A stretch of 55,042 bases of DNA from a virus (Duplodnaviria > Caudoviricetes): the IMG/VR virus record IMGVR_UViG_3300042908_001089, positions 1-55,042 of that record; one strand, given 5' to 3'. A program made the position numbers and the translations under genes. The notes beneath the pieces were generated by a model, which had not been told where the DNA came from, did not search any database, and saw only the letters and a program-made list of their open reading frames with translations. This document shows positions 28,445 through 37,510 of this stretch, piece by piece (position 1 is the first letter of the stretch; every line of letters starts with the position of its first letter).

Positions 28445-31400
28445 TTACTTATGCCCAGAACCTAATATGTATTCTGAGTATTCAAGTAGTGTAGATTTTT
28501 TTGCATTGCCTGCTTCAATCTTGGCTAAAGACTCAACCATGCGTCGCAATTCGTTTGAACGAATCTCATTTATCTTTTGTTCTAAGGGATCAGACTTTAA
28601 GGCTTCCACTTGAACGCGTCGATGAGCTTCTTCCACACCCATATAGCTAGGCTGAGATCGGAAGGACTGAAGAGACATCAGCAGGCCTTTCATGCCACCG
28701 CCTGTTTCAAAATCTTTTTTAGCTTTATCTTTATCTGTTTCTTTGGATGCTTTGGTGGTTTTGTTTTGATTTGCAAACCCTTGTTGCATTTGTTGACCGG
28801 AAGCATAATCTCTTAGCCTATCAACATGCTCGTCAGGTTTGTTAGGAGTTCCGCGAGAAGCTTGACCAGCTCTCCAAGTATTACTTAATATGCTTGCCAT
28901 CTCTGCTCTATTTAAATCCATCCCTTTTTCGTTGCCTTCTTTTTTTGCTTTGTGATATTGTTGTTCTGCTTGATTATAACTCTTTGCATAATTTTCTTTT
29001 TCAGCGTGAGATACCCCGTGTAAAGCAGGGTGATTAAGCATTGCATGCATAGGATGATCAGTTTTATTTAAGTCTTTATCGTAAACACTTGCTTTTGCAT
29101 ATCCTTTTTGAACTTTTTCATTAAACAAATTTGCCAGCTCGGGAGAAGAGTCGATTTGTTGTTTTGCGTATTCTTTGTTAGCTTCAAAATTATTTAATGC
29201 TCGAGCTTTATCTTCTTCTGTTTCTGGTCGTTTATCACTATCGTTGAGTGCTCGTTCTGTTTTTTCTTCTTCTTTTTTTGCAAAGTAATTTCCTAAGTTT
29301 TTTGTCATAGATAAGTTGGTTTTAAAAATAATATCAATTAAACCAGCAAATGCTTCGTAAACTAAACCTACTATTATTGTTGTTTTAGCTACAACCTTTC
29401 CAAAGGCTAAAGTGTTAGTTAAAGCAGGCCCCATCCATGAACCGCCCATACCCATAGCATCTGCTGCTTTGCCTCCCATCAAACCTGCAATTCCGTTTCC
29501 TACGGTATTAACAATACCATTCTTACCCATGGCAGCAATGGTTGCTCCGATAGCTACAGTTAAAGCCCATAACCCTTTAACGACTAAAGCAATAGGCGAT
29601 ACAATAAATGTAATGGCTTTTAATGCTAATGAAGCTCCTACAATACCTATTGACCAATAAGCTAAACTTTCTAGGGTGTCTCTTACTGCTGGAGACATAT
29701 TTTCAAACTGGCCCGCTAGCTGTTGGATATACCAAGAGAGTTTTAGCATAGGCGTCATAAAGGCAGAACCAATAGTCATACCTAAAAGAACTAAAGAGTT
29801 TTGAAACGTAGCAAACACATCAGGGGAAGAAAGTTGCGATAGACCCATTACGGCACCGGAAGCTGCAGTAGCCGTTACAAATAAGCCTTTGGCTAAAGAT
29901 CCAAAAGCATCTTTAAGGGCTCCTGACTGGCCTCCTATAACTTTAGTAAAATCTATTTCTTTTAATTTTGTATTAAGGTTTGTTCCTACTTTAAGAATAT
30001 TTTGACCAAAAGCTTTTACTTGTGCTCCTACATCTTTTAAAGATTTTGGAAAAAACGAAAGGGAGGCAGGGCTAGGAACTGGAAGAGGTGGAGGAAGAGT
30101 AGGCCCACCAGTAACTGGCTTTGATGAAATTGGTACACCGGGTGGAACAGGTGCAGGAATATCTTTGTAATTCTTAAACTCATCTAATACATTTTTTAAA
30201 ATATCTCGGATTGCTTTTAGCTCGTCTGAACTTCCTTGCATGTTGGTAGCATCGGCTGCAATTAGTTCATCCAGTTTACTAACCATCTCTTCTGTATAAG
30301 CGGTATCATCAGCGTATGTACCTGTCATAGCTGGTAAGCGGTCTATATCCATCTTAGGTTTAGTTGCAAATGCACCAGTACCTGTTGTTTCAAAAGGGGT
30401 AACATGTACACGAGATGCATGAGGGTTTGAGCTGGTTGTAGAAGACTTTGAGTTAGGCTTAAATCCAGCATAAGTCATGTTAGGATCTAAAGGGGTAATT
30501 TTGCTTGCGTTCGAAAAAGCATCAATGGCTTCATTAAAATCTGTATTGCTTCCCATTGTGCTAGTAGCGTTGGCAGCTTTTAATTCTTTTAACTTGGTAA
30601 TGTAATCTTCGGGAGTAGCATTGGGATTAGTGTTTGGGCTTAAGACATCTTTACCGTCTACCAAAAGGTGAGGCTGTTCTTTCCACGACTTATCAGAATT
30701 CATACTAAAAGAGGAAAGGTACGCTTTAGGCCCTGCAGGAGAAGTTGCGGAAGCTTTATCAGTTTGTTGTAAAGCAGCATTACTTGCTTCAACATCAAGG
30801 TCTTTTATTTTAGCTTGAGCATCTGCGATCATTGCAGTCATATCTGCAACATCAAGACTGTTATTATATTTTGCTGTAGTTGTAGAGTCTAAGTTTTTTA
30901 AATCTTCATCTCCAAGACCAGCATCCGCTAGTGCTTCATTATCACTTCGATTGTCTATTGTAGTTAATAATACCCTTGAGAGTTCGCTAATTAAAACTTC
31001 TAAGCGTCCGTAAGCTGTAGCATCAGAAGTAGCATCATGGGCCCCACGACCAGGATAAGTTTGACCAAAAAGGTTCATTAACTCTTCTTGTTTAAACCCA
31101 CCAGCATTTGCAGGGTTTATTAAGTTATTTAAAGCATCACGATTTAAGTTAAAGTTTTTAGCAACAGATTCTATTTCTTCTGCTTTAAATCCTTTTAGTA
31201 ATCTTTTGATAGAGGTTGCTGCTGATGTCATTGGGTCAATTACAGCAGGAAGTTTATTTTCCTCTGGCATCTGGCTTAAGCTAAGAGCATCACCAAGAGG
31301 TTTGTTAATAGCATTATTTGCAGCAGCAAAGTCAGCATTTATAACATTCTTACCAACTAACTTAGGGGCGGTAGGATCTTTATTAACAATAGCTTCTGTT

Positions 31401-32428
31401 ACTTTTTCTTTATCTGCAAATGCTTTTAACGCAAGAGCTGCATCATCAATAGAAACTCGATTGGTTTTTGCATTTTCGTTTTTTAACCACTCATCATGTT
31501 TGTCTTGAGTTGTGTTTCCTAGATTGTAAAGGTTCTCGCCAGTAGCTAATGCCGGTTTAATATCTTGAGTAAAAGTTTTTATTGCTTGTCCAAGTTCGTT
31601 TACCCCCACTAAAGATATTTGAGTTATGATTCGATTAGCTTTTTGATCTTTAGGGTCTAATAAACTTTGATCTCTTTGAGCTTTTACAGGGTCTAACTCC
31701 ATGCTCTTAAAAGCGTATTCTGTATCTAACACCCATTTTTTAATTACAGTATCGCTAGGGCCAGTAGGGGTACTAGTTCCCGGAACTGGTTTTTTTGCTT
31801 CTCTTTCTGCGTTTTCTTGTTTTGTTTTTGTTTCTAGATATGGTTTTTTTGTTTCTTCGTCGTTAACAAAATTAGGATTAGCTCTACGAATAGATAATTT
31901 ACTTAAGGCATCAGCTCGATCTTTTGCAAAATTTCTTCGTTCTGCTCGCTTAGCATAAAAAAGACCATCGTCTATTGCGGTTTTGTATTTGTTAACTCGT
32001 TCTTCTAGTCTTATTCTTTGGTCATTAATTTTTTTCAATCTGTTGTTGTAAGCAATATCTTTGTTTATGCGATCCCAATAAGCTTTGCTTTGTGCATTAT
32101 CAGCTTCTGTGTCTTGTTTTTTTCGAGCTCGGTTGGTTTCCCGAAGAGCATCAAAGTCTATTTTGTTTCCGTCTGCATCAGTACTTGAAGAGTTTTTACT
32201 TCCTTGAGGTTTGCCTGCATAGGCAAGACTACCATGAAGCATAAGCATTGCAGCGGTAACGCGTGAGGTTACCCCCAGCAAATGCTTCATGCTGTCTTCA
32301 AGACCGTGAAGAGCACCCGCCATTCGGTTTAGGGATTCACCAAACTCCCCAAAGCGATCCATGATTTTGCGAACAGCATCAAGACCGCTCCAAGGGGATT
32401 GAGAAAGTTTAGGTCTTGATCGTCCCAT
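28445..32428 (-). CDS. Tape measure protein with embedded DEDDh exonuclease-like domain
   Basis: 1327 aa, follows the frameshifted chaperone pair, Ala/Gly-rich hydrophobic helices; LDTE / GKN...ADF / HDATSD motifs. Confidence 0.85.
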   Translation of the reverse strand: MGRSRPKLSQSPWSGLDAVRKIMDRFGEFGESLNRMAGALHGLEDSMKHLLGVTSRVTAAMLMLHGSLAYAGKPQGSKNSSSTDADGNKIDFDALRETNRARKKQDTEADNAQSKAYWDRINKDIAYNNRLKKINDQRIRLEERVNKYKTAIDDGLFYAKRAERRNFAKDRADALSKLSIRRANPNFVNDEETKKPYLETKTKQENAEREAKKPVPGTSTPTGPSDTVIKKWVLDTEYAFKSMELDPVKAQRDQSLLDPKDQKANRIITQISLVGVNELGQAIKTFTQDIKPALATGENLYNLGNTTQDKHDEWLKNENAKTNRVSIDDAALALKAFADKEKVTEAIVNKDPTAPKLVGKNVINADFAAANNAINKPLGDALSLSQMPEENKLPAVIDPMTSAATSIKRLLKGFKAEEIESVAKNFNLNRDALNNLINPANAGGFKQEELMNLFGQTYPGRGAHDATSDATAYGRLEVLISELSRVLLTTIDNRSDNEALADAGLGDEDLKNLDSTTTAKYNNSLDVADMTAMIADAQAKIKDLDVEASNAALQQTDKASATSPAGPKAYLSSFSMNSDKSWKEQPHLLVDGKDVLSPNTNPNATPEDYITKLKELKAANATSTMGSNTDFNEAIDAFSNASKITPLDPNMTYAGFKPNSKSSTTSSNPHASRVHVTPFETTGTGAFATKPKMDIDRLPAMTGTYADDTAYTEEMVSKLDELIAADATNMQGSSDELKAIRDILKNVLDEFKNYKDIPAPVPPGVPISSKPVTGGPTLPPPLPVPSPASLSFFPKSLKDVGAQVKAFGQNILKVGTNLNTKLKEIDFTKVIGGQSGALKDAFGSLAKGLFVTATAASGAVMGLSQLSSPDVFATFQNSLVLLGMTIGSAFMTPMLKLSWYIQQLAGQFENMSPAVRDTLESLAYWSIGIVGASLALKAITFIVSPIALVVKGLWALTVAIGATIAAMGKNGIVNTVGNGIAGLMGGKAADAMGMGGSWMGPALTNTLAFGKVVAKTTIIVGLVYEAFAGLIDIIFKTNLSMTKNLGNYFAKKEEEKTERALNDSDKRPETEEDKARALNNFEANKEYAKQQIDSSPELANLFNEKVQKGYAKASVYDKDLNKTDHPMHAMLNHPALHGVSHAEKENYAKSYNQAEQQYHKAKKEGNEKGMDLNRAEMASILSNTWRAGQASRGTPNKPDEHVDRLRDYASGQQMQQGFANQNKTTKASKETDKDKAKKDFETGGGMKGLLMSLQSFRSQPSYMGVEEAHRRVQVEALKSDPLEQKINEIRSNELRRMVESLAKIEAGNAKKSTLLEYSEYILGSGHK

Positions 32429-32804
32429 TAGGTGGCTCTTTTTTTAGAGGGTTAGGGTAAGGGTTGGAGTCAAGGTTCTGTTTGGGTTTAACTTTGGGTT
32501 GTGGTTGGGGTGGTGGTTTTGGTTTTTCATTTTTTAGTTCTTGTTGTTTCTTCCATAAGTCTTGAACCTGTTCTTCGCTAAGATTTCTCCACTCTTTGTT
32601 TACCTTCCAAAACAATTCTTTTTCTTCGTCTTTAGGGGCTTCTCCGGGGGCACCTTGATCTTTCATAAACCATGGTACTTCCGTAGTCTCTTCTTCTTTT
32701 TCCCTAAAGTACAAGTTTCGTACTTGATAGGGCGTAAGGTTGCCAATCTCCTCAATGCTTAAACAATAAGGTTCGCTTACAAGAGCGGAAAAAATTTCGC
32801 ACAT
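32409..32804 (-). CDS. Tail assembly chaperone, -1 frame extension (gpT-like)
   Basis: EEIGNLTPYQV motif; frame open back to the slippery site in the upstream gene. Confidence 0.8.
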   Translation of the reverse strand: MCEIFSALVSEPYCLSIEEIGNLTPYQVRNLYFREKEEETTEVPWFMKDQGAPGEAPKDEEKELFWKVNKEWRNLSEEQVQDLWKKQQELKNEKPKPPPQPQPKVKPKQNLDSNPYPNPLKKEPPNGTIKT

Positions 32805-32809
32805 TTTAG

Positions 32810-32858
32810 GCCTGGATTTTAGACGATGGTCGTAGGGTCCAGGCTCTCGATGTTTGGG
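32810..32858 (-). other. Programmed -1 ribosomal frameshift signal
   Basis: In-frame C-CCA-AAC heptamer (32858-32852) followed by the stem GCCTGGA/TCCAGGC; the -1 frame reads into ORF 32409-32804 with no stop. Confidence 0.82.
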
Positions 32859-33253
32859 TCGGAGTTCGCTTCCGATACCTTTGCCATCATTTCTTCCAAG
32901 CGTTCTTTCACAAGGTCATCTACAATGGCCATGGTAATATCTTTATGATTTACCCTAAGACATAATAGAAGTAGAACTCTGAAGTGAACCATGGTTGAAA
33001 TAGCTTTAGATACGGCTTCCCCGCCAAAAGAGTACGCTCCACTAGCAATGTCTTTATGTACAGAAGAAACTAAAGAACGGTACTCTTCTTCATTAAGGCT
33101 AGGCTTCATTAGCTTAACTTTTTGAATCGCATGTTCTTCAAGGTATCTTTCAAACTCTCCTTGAATTTTAAATGTCCAAGGAGAGCAAGTATAAGTTTTC
33201 CCTTGATATTCAAATATACTACCTAATCCTAATGATTTTGAAATTTCAGCCAC
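32819..33253 (-). CDS. Tail assembly chaperone (gpG-like)
   Basis: Between tail tube genes and tape measure, AAGGAG RBS, slippery site at its 3' end. Confidence 0.8.
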   Translation of the reverse strand: MAEISKSLGLGSIFEYQGKTYTCSPWTFKIQGEFERYLEEHAIQKVKLMKPSLNEEEYRSLVSSVHKDIASGAYSFGGEAVSKAISTMVHFRVLLLLCLRVNHKDITMAIVDDLVKERLEEMMAKVSEANSDPNIESLDPTTIV

Positions 33254-33266
33254 TAAGATAATCTCC

Positions 33267-34169
33267 TTATTTTAAGGGGCTGCTGGGTGGGGGTGATTTA
33301 GTTTCTGCAGTTTTTTCTAAAGGTGAAGCAGAAGCTTCAACTTTAACTTTAGCTGCATTTAGTTTAGCTTCTTCTTTTAAGAAGGCAGCTCTATCGTGTT
33401 CCAATTCTTTACCCTCAGGAGCAGCAGGGCTTGCTCCTGAGAAAGCATTTGGTTTTAAGTTAGGCTGTACAGAGTTTACTTCGTTGCCATATTCCGCAGG
33501 GATTACAGGAACAGAAGCAACTGTGTTGTACTTATTCTGCGAAGAGAAGGCAGGGCCATTATTGTAATTAACATCATCAAACGAAGGTAACCATAGGCCT
33601 GTGCTAAAGTATTCACCTTCGTAGCTAACTCCGCCTTGCTCTGTATCCAAAATGTACGGATCAGCAAAGCCACTAAATGTGTATTTTACTAAACCACGAA
33701 CTTCAGAATCGGTAGTAAGGTCACCAATTACTGCAGTAAATCGAAAACATTGTTCAGAAGGATTTCCTGTGCCTTCAAGACCGGGGGTAGCTCCTGCAGG
33801 CATGGTAGCTGCCGTAGTATCGTTAAGGCCCTTTTTAATGTATAGATCAATAACAGGACGAGAGCCAGGACGCAAGTCAGGAAAACCGTAAGGGTTTCCT
33901 TGAAGTGAGTCTGTGTCCCATAAAGCATCAATTGAAAATTCAATATCAGTTACACCACCAATGTAAGTCATCATTGGTGTAACAAAAGGGACGCGGGGAG
34001 CTTCGAAGGTAGTAGCATCAATCGCTTCAGTTTTATACGTAAACTGCCAACGAGTGGCAAACATATCAATGTAATTAGTAATAAAAGCGGTTCCTTCATT
34101 ACCTTGATTGTTTGGGTTTTTGTGTTGCCAAATTCTAACTCTTGAATTGTGTCCGGCTATTGCTGGCAT
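33267..34169 (-). CDS. Tail tube-like protein, copy 2 (C-terminally extended)
   Basis: GHN.RV, RWQF.YKTE..D.TTFE, VRGLVKYTFSG; positioned before the chaperones. Confidence 0.7.
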   Translation of the reverse strand: MPAIAGHNSRVRIWQHKNPNNQGNEGTAFITNYIDMFATRWQFTYKTEAIDATTFEAPRVPFVTPMMTYIGGVTDIEFSIDALWDTDSLQGNPYGFPDLRPGSRPVIDLYIKKGLNDTTAATMPAGATPGLEGTGNPSEQCFRFTAVIGDLTTDSEVRGLVKYTFSGFADPYILDTEQGGVSYEGEYFSTGLWLPSFDDVNYNNGPAFSSQNKYNTVASVPVIPAEYGNEVNSVQPNLKPNAFSGASPAAPEGKELEHDRAAFLKEEAKLNAAKVKVEASASPLEKTAETKSPPPSSPLK

Positions 34170-34218
34170 TGTAATCGACTCCTAAAAGTTTGGGGGGTAA
34201 ATTTAGTTCAACTGCAAA

Positions 34219-34881
34219 TTAACCTGTAATAACATCTTGATAGAAATAATCTTGACTGGAGAATGGCATTCCACCGTTGTTGTCCGAAGGAAGAAAAGTT
34301 CCAGTACGCAATTCGTGATGACCACCAGAAGTGTTGGTAACATAAGGTGATGCTTTACCGGCTACTGTATAAGTGACAACACCTTTTACTTCGGTGTTAA
34401 CTACGCATTCGGTAATTAAAGCTACAAAATAAAAGTATTGTGAACCCGGATTCATAGCACCCATTTTACCACCGGGTTGGTCTGCCCCTGCTAACCTTGC
34501 ACTTGGTTGATTAATATGAGGGGTAGGTGAAACTTTGTTTAATCCTTTTTTGATTTCTAAACAAATAGCGGGGCGACTACCTGGTCGAAGGTCGGGCCAT
34601 CCAAAAGGATGAGAGTAAGTTACAACTGTATCCCAATATGCTTCAAAGCTAAAATCAATATCCGTTAGTCCTGCAACACGGGAAGACAAAGGAGTTACCA
34701 AAGGCGACCTTGGGTTTTCATAAGTTGTAGTTTCAAGAAGTTCAGTTTTATAACTAAACTGCCAACGATTAGCCATTAAAGCAATTGGTATTGCTCCTTG
34801 ATAATCTTCATCACCTTGGTTTTGAGTAACCTGTTGAGGAAAAACTAAAACTCTTCCGTTGTGTCCTGAAATTGCTGGCAT
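34219..34881 (-). CDS. Tail tube-like protein, copy 1
   Basis: Clear paralogue of 33267-34169 (PDLRPGSRP, IKKGLN). Confidence 0.7.
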   Translation of the reverse strand: MPAISGHNGRVLVFPQQVTQNQGDEDYQGAIPIALMANRWQFSYKTELLETTTYENPRSPLVTPLSSRVAGLTDIDFSFEAYWDTVVTYSHPFGWPDLRPGSRPAICLEIKKGLNKVSPTPHINQPSARLAGADQPGGKMGAMNPGSQYFYFVALITECVVNTEVKGVVTYTVAGKASPYVTNTSGGHHELRTGTFLPSDNNGGMPFSSQDYFYQDVITG

Positions 34882-34901
34882 GTTAGAAATCTCCTTTGGG
34901 G

Positions 34902-35438
34902 TTAAGAGCCTGCTATAAAATATCTAATAACCGCAGACTTTATTGTGTCTGTGTTAGAGAACCGTAAAACAGAAGTTGAACCGCTTACTGAATAGGCAGC
35001 AAGCGTAGGGTTTGTTAATTGAAAAACACTTCCTGCTGATACTTTAATTTTGTCTGTGCTATCACCTAAGAACGATGAAAATGCGTTAAGGCCAGAATTA
35101 TTTTGGCCTCCACCAATAATTATGTCGGCAGAGTTTTCTGCAACCTCAATGTATATGACACGAACTTTAGTAAAGTAAAATGAATTTCCAAATGCATCGT
35201 CTGAGGGAGTCAAAAGATTTATTTGAATATTACTTTCTGTTGGGATGGTTATAGTGTTGGCGATATAAATGTTGCTTTGGCTTGCACCAATCCCACTACC
35301 AAAGTTTTTTCCGTAACTAAAAAATCCGGAAGTTGTTACACCAAAATCTGTAGAGGTAGTTCCATTGTATGTCCACGATACTCCGGCTGTTATATTGCTA
35401 ACACTTAAAGAAACTGTAGAAGGAATGTTTGCTGGCAT
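34902..35438 (-). CDS. Putative virion structural protein
   Basis: Beta-rich 178-aa ORF between the tail terminator and tube genes. Confidence 0.6.
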   Translation of the reverse strand: MPANIPSTVSLSVSNITAGVSWTYNGTTSTDFGVTTSGFFSYGKNFGSGIGASQSNIYIANTITIPTESNIQINLLTPSDDAFGNSFYFTKVRVIYIEVAENSADIIIGGGQNNSGLNAFSSFLGDSTDKIKVSAGSVFQLTNPTLAAYSVSGSTSVLRFSNTDTIKSAVIRYFIAGS

Positions 35439-35439
35439 T

Positions 35440-35934
35440 TTAATCTCGTCTGTTTACAGTAAACCGATTAATACAAACAGCGTATCTAATGTGCCCCCGA
35501 TACAATAAGCGACCATCTTTGTAGCGAGTGCTTTCTGAATTCACATCTTCAGATTCCGGTCTAATATAAATAACGGAGCTTGAGTTGTCACTAAACCGTA
35601 AATCTAACCAATCATATACACTACGAATCGATTTTAAGCAATTCTCTACGGCTTCAGAACCGGGTGCATACATAAAGAAATCTAGATCACAAGTTTCCAT
35701 ATATTGGCTTGTCATTGTCCATGTGTAATCCGATTGCGTTTTGTTTACATAAGCGTAAGGAATTACAAGCTCTTCACCTTCTAATCGTTCTGGAACTTCA
35801 GATACAAAAAGACCGCCGGGAAAATGTTCGAGAAGGATAGGGCAAGTGTTCCATAAATTTTGGACTGCTTCCAAAATCGATGAAGGGTGTCTTTGGGAAC
35901 GAAAAGTCAAAGGTTCGGGAGGGTTGGTTTCCAT
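35440..35934 (-). CDS. Putative tail terminator protein
   Basis: Size, position, and GG..SEVP...PYAYV pattern. Confidence 0.6.
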   Translation of the reverse strand: METNPPEPLTFRSQRHPSSILEAVQNLWNTCPILLEHFPGGLFVSEVPERLEGEELVIPYAYVNKTQSDYTWTMTSQYMETCDLDFFMYAPGSEAVENCLKSIRSVYDWLDLRFSDNSSSVIYIRPESEDVNSESTRYKDGRLLYRGHIRYAVCINRFTVNRRD

Positions 35935-36275
35935 TAATCCATTTGCTCCCTTACATCAACAGAGAAAACTCGTTGTCTACCACCTTGATCTAAAACTCCG
36001 GTGACTACAAACATACGAGCGGGATCAGAAGTTCGTATTCGATCCCCTCTTTGGATGGCTAAATACTTTGCTGTGTAAATCCTATGAGAGTTAATCATCT
36101 GTCTTTGGCCAAACTGATGCTGAATATTGCTGTTAATAGGTTGTATTGCTGCAGAAATATTGCTGTAAACGACTTCCCAAATTTCTCTTTTGGCCCCACC
36201 AGTAATGTCTTTGGTTATTTTCGCTCGTTCTACGGTGATCGAAAAATTACAAAGGTGTTCAATTACCATGCACAC
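35934..36275 (-). CDS. Head closure / head-tail adaptor protein
   Basis: ITVER...D.TGG..W, IQRGDRI, F.VTGV.D pattern. Confidence 0.75.
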   Translation of the reverse strand: MCMVIEHLCNFSITVERAKITKDITGGAKREIWEVVYSNISAAIQPINSNIQHQFGQRQMINSHRIYTAKYLAIQRGDRIRTSDPARMFVVTGVLDQGGRQRVFSVDVREQMD

Positions 36276-36949
36276 TCCCTATGACGAGAAAGGATTGCAT
36301 GGGCAGAAGCAATTTCGGGAATAGCGGAACGAGTGTCTAGTCCGTTGCCCCCTAATTTATAAGCGTAGTCTCCTAATTTTTCTGAATGGATATCTCCACC
36401 TACGCTAATATTGCGTCGCATGTAAGAAGCGGTCATGCAAGTAGCAAAGATAATATCCTCAGGAACAGAAGTGTACCCATGTGTGTAGGTTACTTTAATG
36501 TTTCCATAGACAGGGCCTGTCTCAGGGCTTAGCTTTCCCGGAACATATACTCTACCAATTTCCATCCAAGTCGTATTTATGCGAAATAGAATTCCGCTAT
36601 GGGAATAAGTTCCATTTGTATCAAGGTCTAAAGTGTAATCTTTTCCTACAACCAAAAGGTTGCTAGAAAGAAAAGCGTCAGGTGAAGTTCCGAAGTTTCC
36701 GTTAAAGTCTTCGTAAACAGAGAGGACAGAAGTTACAGGCCGTTGACGCAAGGTAATAAAACTTTTACCTGTTCCCGAAATGTATTCTGTAGTCGTAGCT
36801 TGTTCAAGTCTACGTCCTAACCAGTTTTGTACTATTTGTTCGGAAGCTAAAAGAATTGCGTTAAGATTATCGTCTTGAGTTGCATCGTCAGAGCAAATCT
36901 TTAAAAAGTTTTTAAATTTAGCTAGAGGTACATAAGACATGATTGGCAC
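36263..36949 (-). CDS. Head-tail connector protein (gp6-like)
   Basis: L..FK.FLKI..D..L, VTYTHGY..VPEDI, SEKLGDYAY; start may be 36940. Confidence 0.8.
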   Translation of the reverse strand: MPIMSYVPLAKFKNFLKICSDDATQDDNLNAILLASEQIVQNWLGRRLEQATTTEYISGTGKSFITLRQRPVTSVLSVYEDFNGNFGTSPDAFLSSNLLVVGKDYTLDLDTNGTYSHSGILFRINTTWMEIGRVYVPGKLSPETGPVYGNIKVTYTHGYTSVPEDIIFATCMTASYMRRNISVGGDIHSEKLGDYAYKLGGNGLDTRSAIPEIASAHAILSRHRECAW

Positions 36950-36962
36950 CTCTCCTAAAATT

Positions 36963-36995
36963 AAAACCTGCCCTTGGGCGAAGAGCAGGTTTTTT
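36963..36995 (-). terminator. Intrinsic terminator after the capsid/decoration genes
   Basis: Minus strand ACCTGCTCTT-cgccc-AAGGGCAGGT then TTT; A/T tracts on both sides. Confidence 0.75.
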
Positions 36996-37007
36996 AAAGA
37001 TTAAAAT

Positions 37008-37439
37008 TTAACCAATAAGACTACCATTTCCCGATCCTGCAATTTTCTTAGAACCAAGAATAACTACAGACAATGGAAGAGTAGTAGGTGTGCCAGTTAC
37101 GGTAGCAAAAGCTCGAACATAACGAGCGTTTCGCAAGATCTTACCTCCGAAGGTAAGACCCACAATTCCTGCACCAGTAGCACTAGTAGAGGTAAGCGTG
37201 TCTAAAGTTTTGAGGTCAGTCCAAGTGGAGTTGTCTACACTCTCTTGAATCTTGACAGCCAAGGTCGCGGTGGAGGCACCAGTAGCAGCACCTACAACAA
37301 CCATAGCGTTGATAGAGCCTTCCGATAATTGCATATCAACCGAAACCCCAGTTACGGTGGCAGCGGGAGAAGTAACAGGAGCGATAGACGCGTCCCCGAT
37401 AGCTTGCAATTTCAAGTCGCCAATGAAAGTAGCTGGCAT
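37008..37439 (-). CDS. Putative capsid decoration / cement protein
   Basis: Directly after the MCP; G.SVDM, KIQESVDNSTWTD, RYVR beta-sandwich pattern. Confidence 0.7.
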   Translation of the reverse strand: MPATFIGDLKLQAIGDASIAPVTSPAATVTGVSVDMQLSEGSINAMVVVGAATGASTATLAVKIQESVDNSTWTDLKTLDTLTSTSATGAGIVGLTFGGKILRNARYVRAFATVTGTPTTLPLSVVILGSKKIAGSGNGSLIG

Positions 37440-37471
37440 GAATTGTTCCTTTATTTTAGATGTTAAAGATA

Positions 37472-37497
37472 CCCAGAGAAGGTTTAATTTCTCTGGG
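37472..37497. promoter_or_regulatory. Hairpin after the major capsid gene
   Basis: CCCAGAGAA-ggtttaat-TTCTCTGGG. Confidence 0.55.
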
Positions 37498-37510
37498 CTA
37501 TCAATACTAA

